Both the position numbers and the translations under genes were made by a program. The notes beneath the pieces were generated by a model. That model ran no database searches and was not told the DNA's origin. It saw only the letters and a program-made list of their open reading frames with translations. A DNA stretch of 8,755 bases, from positions 25,256 to 34,010 of the forward strand of contig CAJNOI010000024.1 of the NCBI GenBank assembly GCA_905250115.1, in the 5' to 3' direction. This DNA is from Adineta steineri. Taxonomy: Eukaryota. Shown in pieces: positions 1-7,966 of the stretch (positions are counted from its first letter, which is position 1; every line of letters starts with the position of its first letter).

Positions 1-310
1 TGTAGTAGTTGTTGTAGTTGTTGTTGTTGTTGTTGATGATGATGATGTTGTTGTTGTTGTTGAGGTTGATGACGACGATGTTGACGTTGTTGAGGTAGTT
101 TTTGTTGATGTTGCTGTTGCTGTTGTAGTTGTTGTTGTTGAGGATGTTGATGACGATAATGTTGCTATTGTACTTGTTAACGGTGATGATGTGATTGTTA
201 TAGTTGTTACAGATGATGCAGTTGATGATGATGCCGTTGTTGTTGATAAGAATGATGTTGTTGCTGTAGTCAATGATGAAGGTAATGATGTTGATATTGT
301 TATTGATGAG
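1..310. repeat. Degenerate trinucleotide low-complexity tract (GTT/GAT on plus, ACA/TCA on minus)
   Basis: Near-pure tgt/tga triplets at 1-60, increasingly interrupted to about 310. Interpreted as the coding repeat of the Ser/Thr linker. Confidence 0.85.
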
Positions 311-320
311 GTGCCAGATC
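1..320 (-). CDS. Ser/Thr-rich (mucin-like) exon 2 of the same secreted Apple/PAN-like gene; incomplete at the left window edge
   Basis: The minus strand has acceptor ATTTTCCTAAAATAG|GATCTGGC at 321/320. The phase-1 donor at 893 plus GA restores a Gly codon and opens GSGTSSITISTSLPSSLTTATTSFLSTTTASSSTASSVTTITITSSPLTSTIATLSSSTSSTTTTTTATATSTKTTSTTSTSSSSTSTTTTT... with no stop over about 106 codons, although TCA codons are one change away from TAA/TGA. Confidence 0.62.
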
Positions 321-892
321 CTATTTTAGGAAAATGAAATCGATATGAAACAACAAGATTAAATAAAATTTTGTTCGAAACTCAGTTCTTTGAATGAATA
401 ATAATAAGATTCAAAAAAATTCATGTGCATTGCAATCTTGTGCACAGTTTTAAATAAAAAAATTTTTATAAAGTTCCAGAGAAAAATTTAGTTTTTACCG
501 ATCTAAAACTCCTGAAAAATGCGAATGGCATATCGGTAGTCGAGCACTTACGAAATTTGTTTATTGCATTGATTACTGCCATAATAGACCGATTTTTTTA
601 GTATTTTTTTATATCATCTGTTCGATTTTTAAAGTAAAAAATAACAAATAGATCTCTTTTCGTAAAACGCATATATATGGAATGTAAATTATTCTGTTTA
701 AGATCGAAAAACAACTAAATATATGAATTATTAACTATAAAGATGATATACGATTTGAAACGACTCGTAAATATATCATATACATACTATTATATAATTT
801 AAATTTTTTTCTTATAACAGTTGCAGTATGTTATAATTGGGTTTCGTATATTTAAAATGATCACTTCTAAATATATTATATTTTCCACTAAC

Positions 893-1226
893 CGTGTGGT
901 ATTCGTGTTTCAGACATAACGATCATACTGATTGTTTCCATATTAACTAACATATTAGCATTTAAACCAGACATAGAATCAAATAACTCACAATTCGAAG
1001 TTGGTTGATAGAAAATGGCCTTCTCACATTGAATTTGAGCTAAACAAGTTAATTGACACTCAAATATATTGAGTACAGTCCTAGTAAAGAATGGTAAACA
1101 AGCTGAGTTAGGACATTCGAATTGCCAACCAGTCATTATTGATACGTCAAATGATCGAATATCTTGTACGATTGATTGTTTAATGGAAACAAGCAGAAGC
1201 AATAGAGAAATTCTTATTAGACTCAT
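893..1226 (-). CDS. Exon 1 of a secreted Apple/PAN-like six-cysteine protein
   Basis: ATG at 1226-1224. Translation MSLIRISLLLLLVSIKQSIVQ looks like a signal peptide. It is followed by CPNSAC...FECQLTCLAQIQCEKAIFY...NCELFD, an Apple/PAN-like cysteine pattern. The frame ends CAC G|GTTAGT, a good splice donor in phase 1, just before the TAG at 890-888. Confidence 0.72.
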
Positions 1227-1960
1227 AGCTACTTGCCTTTAACTTAATAATATACTTCTAACTCAAAATGAACTGAAGGGCATCTGCTGAGCGATAAACA
1301 TCATTTCATTTCTTTCTTTTTTTTCCTTTTTCATTGTATTAAATTAACATTCAAAGAGTCGATCGTAATGGTTGTTTTCTTAGCAACATCTAATGAAATT
1401 CCATTTTGAAATTACTGACAATATAATTAGTAAGAGTTTTTTTTTAAATTAATTTCCAACTAAAACACGTAGTCATGTATGTTTGTTTTGAGCTCTTACT
1501 CTAAGTAAAACATAAAAACAAATTCAAAGTGAGAAAAATAAAAAATACACGTTTAGTGCCAAGTAGAGTTTTTTTTACATAAGATTAGAATTAATTGTAT
1601 GAAATTTAATACATTATACAATCGTATAAAATCTACATAATATTTTGAAACAACTTCCAATCTTTTATCGTATAACAAAACATTATATTTCTTTTTCTTG
1701 TAGCAAAAAATATCAACTCAATATTTTTTATTGTCTACTTTTTTTTAACTCTGTGTTACTAATCTTTTGAATATGATAGGAGAACTAAGAATATTGCATA
1801 TAATTTCTCCCATTAAGTAGTGACATCACAGTAAACTTTATTTAAAAATCAATTATAAAAAAAACTCATTTTTCTCTAGTTTTTCATAATTTGTGTTGCT
1901 GATGGATATTACTATGTGTATTAGTAGCCTTTTGTGCATCAAAAATTTTTTTTTTTGATT

Positions 1961-1966
1961 TTTATT
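1961..1966 (-). terminator. Candidate polyadenylation signal (AATAAA) for the ART-TPR gene
   Basis: Plus-strand tttatt reads AATAAA on the minus strand, about 47 nt beyond the stop codon. The AT-rich context makes chance occurrence common. Confidence 0.35.
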
Positions 1967-2012
1967 AAAATATTTGATTTTCATTAAAAAAAAAAAGAAA
2001 ACAAATTGTTCA

Positions 2013-4577
2013 TCATAGATTCTTTTGTATGTCCTGAAGAATATTTCTATACCATTGAAAATGTGGATGATCTGGAGGTAATGTTTGTTGTGAAATATCT
2101 ATAGCACGTTGACAATATGAAAGTGCTTTTGAATGTTCACCCATGCTGTTGTATACTTTACCAATATATCCAAAAGACATAGCCAAATCAGGATGACTAG
2201 GAGGAAGCGATTGTTGTCGAATTTGTAGAGCGTTTTCGTGAGATTGAAGTGCTTTGGGAAAATCAGCCATACTTATGTATACGATACCAATATTGTTATA
2301 GGAAGTACCTAAACTAGGATCCTTAGATGGAAGTGATTGTTGCTTAATTTCAATTGATTTTTCATAAGATGAAATTGCTTTTGGATAATTGTTCATGCTA
2401 TTATGCACGATACCAATATTATGGTGAGCATCACCCAGTTCAGGATGATTCGGAGGAAGATTTTGTTGTCGAATTTGTAAAGTTTTTTCGTAAGATGAAA
2501 GTGCTTTCGGATAATCACCCAATTGTAAATATACCGTACCGATGTTATTGTACGTAACAGCCAGACTAGGGTGATTGGGAGGAAGTGTTTGTTTTTGAAT
2601 CTCAAGAGCTTTTTCATAAGATGAGAGTGCTTTTGAATAATCACTCATGTTATTATACACCATGCCGATATTGTTGTAGTATGCAGTTAGATCAGGATGA
2701 TTAGGAGAAAGTGATTGTTGTTGAATTTTAAAGGCTTTTTCGAAAGTTGCTAATGCTTTCGAATAGTTTCCCATGTTAAAATTCACCATACCAATATTAT
2801 TGTAAGAAGCAATTAAATCTGGATGATTTGAAGGAAGAGCTTGTTGTCGAATTCGAAGAGCTTCTTCATGAGATGAAAGTGCTTCTGGATAATCAAGCAC
2901 ACCATTATGCGCTATACCAACGTCGTGATATGCATTACCCAATTCCAAATCATCGCGAGAAAGTGATTTTTGTTTAATTTCAAGTGCTTTTTCACTAAAA
3001 TAAAGCGCTTTCGGATAATTACCCATAATGTAATGTAACGCACTGATATTTCTATAAAGAGTAGCAAAATTAATATTATCAGGAGCATATATATCTTGAT
3101 TGATAGAAAGCGATTTTTCGTAGAATGTTAATGCGTCTTGATATTCTTTTTGATGATTTTTTATCCAACCAAGTTGATAATATATTGGTGCTTTTTCAGT
3201 CTCATGATTTGTTTGATCGAGTAAAATTTCATATACATCTTGTGCCTTCTCAATTTGATTCATTGTAAGTAAAACCTGGCCGAGTCTAACCCATCCTTGC
3301 TGATCTGACAAGGTTTCTTTTTGAATACGATCAGTCAGTTTACGAAGTTCTTTTTCATCATCACTCGTAAGTGTTAATGTTACTTCATAGAGATGCTTGT
3401 TTGTATCTATTGGTTTTATATTGTCAATGTGAAAGATAGTTTGTATCGAGAATAGAACTTCATCTTCAATATGAAAATAACTCACATCAGTAATCGATGC
3501 GAATGGTGTAGTTGATTGAGCAGCATCAACATTCACGATGAAGACAATTCCAACTACATCTGGATTTATTGTAGCTTGTTGTGCAGTATCCAATGAAATA
3601 TTACGATTCTTAGTAGTCAGTAGAAAGTTATTAAATGAAATAAAACCATCTTTGATATTCTTCATTCGCTCGAAATCTCTCTTCGATAAACTTTGTCCAC
3701 GATAAACAGTAAACGATTTATTAAAATCATCATCATCTATTTGTTCGGAATGTAACCGTTGAATATTACGATGAAGATCATCGATGAAGAATCCCATGCG
3801 AACAATGACACCTATATCTAACGATCGTATTGCACGATTAAGCATATGATATAAAAAAGATTTTTGTGTATACCACCATATTGGTTTTTTACTATAATAT
3901 TCACTATTTAATTGATCGACATTGTCTAATTCATCATCGTCATCAGCAAATACATCACGACAATAAAAAATAAATTCTTCAAGATGTATTTCTCCAAAAT
4001 CGATCGTTAATAATATTTCTTTAATTATTCGAATGAATATAAACGATGAATCTAGTAGATTAAAAATTGTATTATTTGATTGATCAGCAATATTTTTAGC
4101 AATAAAACTAATTGGTATCATATTCTGTTCATATTGATCAACTGTTTGTTCAAGTGCTTCACATAGAGATGGTAGTTCTGTGAAGACACCCTTTATTTTT
4201 ACCCATTTTTCATACGATTCTTTATTTTTACCAAAAATAAAAATCGCATCTACTTGAGATATATCGTGTATACGAGGTACAACTTGTTTTCCAAATGTAT
4301 CCGATATAATTATATAAATCTTTCTGTCAGTATTCGTTTGAATGAATTGAATACATTTATTATCATCAGTAAATGCATTGATGTTTGGAACAATACGTTT
4401 CAATTGTTCTACTGTATTACAGCAATCAGTATTGTTATTGTCAATGTTATTATCTAACCAAACCAAAAGAATATTTTGTATTCCTTCAATATCAGTACGT
4501 TGTCGTACAGTTACATCATTTAAAACAAAAGATAATTGCTTTGACTGTGTTGTATCGTTAGATTTTGATGCATCCAT
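2013..4577 (-). CDS. NAD+:protein-arginine ADP-ribosyltransferase domain protein with C-terminal tetratricopeptide (kinesin-light-chain-like) repeats, 854 aa
   Basis: Intact single-exon frame. The track start at 4619 is a TTG; the first in-frame ATG is 4577-4575 (MDASKSNDTTQ). ART landmarks are FTVYRGQSLSKRDFERM (R motif), ISFNNFLLTTKNR (STS-equivalent) and PFASITDVSYFHIEDEVLFSI (ExE motif). TPR consensus units such as LxxxYNNIGxVYxxMGDYxKALSSYEKALEIxQQxLPPNHPx follow. Stop is TGA at 2015-2013. Confidence 0.93.
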   Translation of the reverse strand: MDASKSNDTTQSKQLSFVLNDVTVRQRTDIEGIQNILLVWLDNNIDNNNTDCCNTVEQLKRIVPNINAFTDDNKCIQFIQTNTDRKIYIIISDTFGKQVVPRIHDISQVDAIFIFGKNKESYEKWVKIKGVFTELPSLCEALEQTVDQYEQNMIPISFIAKNIADQSNNTIFNLLDSSFIFIRIIKEILLTIDFGEIHLEEFIFYCRDVFADDDDELDNVDQLNSEYYSKKPIWWYTQKSFLYHMLNRAIRSLDIGVIVRMGFFIDDLHRNIQRLHSEQIDDDDFNKSFTVYRGQSLSKRDFERMKNIKDGFISFNNFLLTTKNRNISLDTAQQATINPDVVGIVFIVNVDAAQSTTPFASITDVSYFHIEDEVLFSIQTIFHIDNIKPIDTNKHLYEVTLTLTSDDEKELRKLTDRIQKETLSDQQGWVRLGQVLLTMNQIEKAQDVYEILLDQTNHETEKAPIYYQLGWIKNHQKEYQDALTFYEKSLSINQDIYAPDNINFATLYRNISALHYIMGNYPKALYFSEKALEIKQKSLSRDDLELGNAYHDVGIAHNGVLDYPEALSSHEEALRIRQQALPSNHPDLIASYNNIGMVNFNMGNYSKALATFEKAFKIQQQSLSPNHPDLTAYYNNIGMVYNNMSDYSKALSSYEKALEIQKQTLPPNHPSLAVTYNNIGTVYLQLGDYPKALSSYEKTLQIRQQNLPPNHPELGDAHHNIGIVHNSMNNYPKAISSYEKSIEIKQQSLPSKDPSLGTSYNNIGIVYISMADFPKALQSHENALQIRQQSLPPSHPDLAMSFGYIGKVYNSMGEHSKALSYCQRAIDISQQTLPPDHPHFQWYRNILQDIQKNL
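2061..3068 (-). repeat. Tandem array of eight exact-length 42-aa (126-bp) TPR units; 1-2 more divergent TPRs precede it up to about 3308
   Basis: Units start at residues 518, 560, 602, 644, 686, 728, 770 and 812 of the 868-aa track translation. Each is 42 aa and ends in a linker of the type QQSLPPNHPD. 8 x 126 = 1008 bp. Confidence 0.9.
3312..3890 (-). other. ADP-ribosyltransferase (R-S-E / ecto-ART-like) domain inside the ART-TPR protein
   Basis: KPIWWYTQKSFLYHMLNRAIRS...VYRGQ...FNNFLLTTKNR...PFASITDVSYFHIEDEVLFS...LYEVTLTLTSDDEKELRKLTDRIQKE. Boundaries are approximate. Confidence 0.85.
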
Positions 4578-5367
4578 TGATGAATACGTTGATGTATTTG
4601 TGTATGAATAAATGATCAAACTTGATTCTTATACACAGTATTCACCTTGTTTTTTTGTTAATTTTTTTCTCGAACGTTACGTATATTTTTCTTTTTATAT
4701 TCAGGGACAAGACTTTTTTCATTTATTAATACATATCTTGTTATGAAAAACATAATTAACAACGTGTTATCATGCATGATAGAGCACAAAATAACTCATG
4801 AAAGAAACCAATTTTCTTCTTCTACAAAGTAAAAAAAAAGAAACAAGGACGATTTTACCTTGTTCTGTCGTTAGTTACATTATTATACAAGAACAAAAAA
4901 ATTAAAAGGGTTTTTTTTGCAATACTTTGTCATAATCGTGACTCAATAATAATTCGTTTATACAACTATTATATATAGTATGAGCAGCTTCCTTCTTGGT
5001 TTTTATTTTCAACGAATAATCAATAATAAAAAAAAATGAGTAATTTTTCATGAGATCATTTTTTGATAATAAAAAGAGAAAGATTACATATTAAGATAAG
5101 GAGAGCAGTTTTGCATATCAAAAAATTAATTAAATATGACATTGATACAGGAAAATTAGTATCAACAGATTAGAAATACAATTTCCTTGTGAATATTATT
5201 ATAGATTAATTATGTGAGCTAATATCTTTAGTCGATAATTATTGATGATCGAATATCTAAACGAACAAAACAATGTGTTATTCATGATATCATATATACA
5301 GACGATATTGAGCGATGCGTTCAAAGTTCAATACTAAAAGTACGTTCGTTGTTTCGTTCTGTTCGCC

Positions 5368-5383
5368 TATATATATATATATA
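5368..5383. repeat. (TA)8 microsatellite 27 bp upstream of the UGT-like ATG; possible TATA-type promoter contribution
   Basis: Sequence tatatatatatatata directly upstream of the ATG at 5411. The repeat is certain; a promoter role is only a guess. Confidence 0.7.
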
Positions 5384-5410
5384 CTGTTCAACGAATGAAT
5401 ATTATAAAAA

Positions 5411-6120
5411 ATGATGTTTTATCTATCTTTATTTATCGTATTAATTTTTTGTACATTGTCAATCGAAAATAATAATCATATTCTTATTATTGCTCTACCT
5501 ACAATTAGTCATATGCTGCGTAAGTAATTTAATTTTGACGAATATATAAAATAATATTTTAATTGATAGCTTCATTAGAACTTGCTAAACAACTATCAAC
5601 TCATTGTCATGTTACATATCTTATTTCAGCAAATAAAATCAAGGAACTTGAAAGTAAAGGTTTTATTCCCATCTCCAACGTTAACAGAACACTTGATATT
5701 GTTGGTTTAATTGATGGAAATGATGATATACCTGAATTTGAACTTCAAGATTCTCAAATTAAACTGAACAATACGACAAAAGTATATAAAAATTTTTTTT
5801 TTTCATTTTCTTCAAATTATTATTTATAGCTAAGTCTTGACAATCGTCAAAAATTGATATTTAATAATGTAATCAATCGAATGGGTACAGCACTTAATCA
5901 ATTATTTCATTCAAATCAAAGTCAATTCTCATTACAACCTCTTACTACTCAACATATTTCTTTACCTATCGATACGATTATCATTCAACCATTTACTCCA
6001 TTATCATTATCTCAATTTTCAATACCTATTCATCTATTCTTACCTAGTAATCTTGACGGTGTGGGTGTGAATGTGGATATAATAATGACACACCATGGAC
6101 ACCCACACCCTAAATTCTAA
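5411..6120 (+). CDS. UDP-glycosyltransferase (GT1/UGT-like) N-terminal domain, truncated; exons 5411-5519, 5570-5781 and 5830-6120 (203 aa)
   Basis: Exon 1 MMFYLSLFIVLIFCTLSIENNNHILIIALPTISHML ends CTGC|GTAAGT. The intron 5520-5569 ends TTGATAG and restores P in HMLPSLELAKQLSTHCHVTYLISANKIKELESKGF. The second intron 5782-5829 (GTATAT...TTTATAG) keeps the frame: NNTTK|LSLDNRQKLIFNNVINRMG...LPIDTIIIQPFTPLSLSQFSIPIHLFLPSNL. The GHxxP-like catalytic His motif is present as SHMLP. The C-terminal UDP-sugar-binding half is absent. Confidence 0.7.
6058..6110. repeat. Short inverted repeat made of two telomere-like dimers
   Basis: GGTGTGGGTGTG at 6058-6069 and ACACCCACACCC at 6099-6110. Both are exact two-unit copies of permuted TGTGGG, in opposite orientation, separated by 29 nt. 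Confidence 0.8.
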
Positions 6121-6615
6121 TTGCAACATCAATTTAGATAAATGAGTGAGTGAGATTCATATAGAAGAAAAACTTTTCCTATAAATAGAATTTCGTATTT
6201 TCGATCCATCGGATTAGACATGTTCTATTCATCACTATTTCTCTGTTTAATATTTCTTTTTATTTAACAATATTTTGCATTTCTTGGAGATAAATAATCT
6301 TCTATTTAAATTTCTATGAATGCCTTTCTTTCTTTGTTTATGTGATGTTTCAATTAATGCATGAAAATGAAAATCTAAAATACAGTAATATGAAATAATC
6401 TCTTATGTAAATAAAAAAATATTTATAAATCAATTGTTTCAAATACAAAATTGCAATAAAGTTAAATAATTTTTACAACAAGATATAATTAACATTGATA
6501 GCCGTAATATGATATTGCAGTATGGAAATTCTATCACAAATAACCATTTATTTTAAATCGAGACTTACATGATTAAATTGATTTGTACAGAAAAGTCTAC
6601 GGCTAATTTTTCATG

Positions 6616-7077
6616 CTATTTACGTTTTAATGATCTCGAAATATGAAAAAAACAAAGTCCATAGTCAAAATCATGTTTTCGCGACGCTTTCTGTAATGAA
6701 CAAAATTTCCTGTTCAAAATACAGAAATACTTTGCTTTACTTCGCATCGTATTAACTAGATCCATAAGGTTACATGAATAAAAACAATGCCGATCGTTAA
6801 ATATGGTTTTGTTTCGAATATTAAAGATAAAAGAAGTTTCATGTAAATCATGAAAGATGACAACATCTACAGACAGACGAAGATCAGCTAGTAGTTCGTT
6901 TGAATGTGAACGATGAATCAGTAAATACTTTACTTGCACTATTTGTTCTTTAGACTCAGAAACAAATAAAATTCTTTTTCTATTATGAAAACATCTTAAA
7001 ATAATTAGTAAAAATAACCATTCTACACTATCATCTTCTTCTTCTTTATATTGCTGAACCAAATTTGATAACTTCAA
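6616..7077 (-). CDS. Unassigned 153-codon open frame, possible internal exon or decayed gene fragment
   Basis: Long open frame in AT-rich DNA (KEEEDDSVEWLFLLIILRCFHNRKRILFVSESKEQIVQVKYLL...). The track start is TTG and there is no in-frame ATG near the 5' end. A plausible acceptor lies upstream on the minus strand (TTTCTTTTTTTATAG). No family recognised. Confidence 0.28.
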   Translation of the reverse strand: MKLSNLVQQYKEEEDDSVEWLFLLIILRCFHNRKRILFVSESKEQIVQVKYLLIHRSHSNELLADLRLSVDVVIFHDLHETSFIFNIRNKTIFNDRHCFYSCNLMDLVNTMRSKAKYFCILNRKFCSLQKASRKHDFDYGLCFFHISRSLKRK

Positions 7078-7966
7078 AAAGTATGTCCATAAACTAAGTT
7101 TTTTGTTTCATAATGAACTCCAACATTTATTTAATATTCTAAGTCCTATAAAAAAAGAAATTAGATAATTTCTTTTTGGATTCATTTGTAGTATGTGGGA
7201 AATTATTAAAATAACATAGCAGACAATAGCCTCATGTCATATACGAATATCTCGGTATATTCCTAAAGTTTAAAAGAATAAAAACTGATTGAATAGATCG
7301 TTTATATGATTTTTCTGATGGTACCTAATGTTTACATCATCGTTCATTCAAGAAGAATGTCTAGAAAAAGGTTATCTTTAACAACTCGAGGATCAGTAAT
7401 GATCTGTCGCGAAGTAAAATGCATGATTAGCCATTAACATTAATGTGTTCATATTTCTTGAGGAAAAAAAAGGATTTGTGATATTTCTACATTCCATAAG
7501 TAAATTAGAGAATTAATTTCATACTCTATAATATTAATTAGTGTCATTGAAAATATGTGAATAATGATATTCAAGATCTTTTGTTCGAGAAATGACGAAA
7601 CTTAACATATAATCGAGCAAACAAAATGATATTTTAGATGCGTTTATACTTCAAAATAATAAATGTATAACATATTTAAATGCTTCTTGTAAAATTTTTA
7701 AGAGATAAACAGTAATGGATAGGAGAAGCAGGTAAAATAGAGTTATTTTTGTCTGGATATCGTTCACGAATAATAACATTAATTCTATTTCACAGACACT
7801 ATTGATACAAAGGAAAAAAAACTTGATTTTTATATTGTTCTTCTTTTAAAATAGAATAATAAAAATATGAATATCTAATAAGTATCTATTGAGATGATAC
7901 GGAATCAGATTTTAATATGCATAGCTACAAAATAACATCGTGTATATATTAATTTCTATAAAGACA

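Noticed and set aside
2-337. Plus-strand Val/Asp-rich open frame (VVVVVVVVVVVDDDDVVVVVEV...VPDPILGK*) followed by AATAAA-like motifs at 362 and 453
   Set aside because: Codons such as GTT and GAT rarely mutate to stops, so openness is weak evidence. The minus-strand Thr/Ser frame fits a phase-correct splice to the Apple-like exon and explains the tract better.
1955-1989. Two near-identical 16-mers, ttgatttttattaaaa and ttgattttcattaaaa, 19 bp apart
   Set aside because: AT-rich 3'UTR sequence next to the ART-TPR stop codon; too simple to claim as a regulatory element.
2354-2644. Track ORFs 2354..2557 (+) and 2393..2644 (-)
   Set aside because: Both are shadow frames created by the repetitive 126-bp TPR coding units of the large gene.
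4254-4611. Track ORFs 4254..4457 (+) and 4378..4611 (+)
   Set aside because: They lie antisense to the N-terminal coding part of the ART-TPR gene, with no domain, signal or splice support.
5782-5829. C-terminal KNFFFSFSSNYYL extension of the track ORF 5563..5829
   Set aside because: It is best read as a 48-nt intron (GTATAT...TTTATAG); removing it continues the UGT-like frame.
7311-7442. Short plus-strand frame MIFLMVPNVYIIVHSRRMSRKRLSLTTRGSVMICREVKCMISH (coordinates approximate)
   Set aside because: Only about 43 codons, with no splice partner or recognisable domain.
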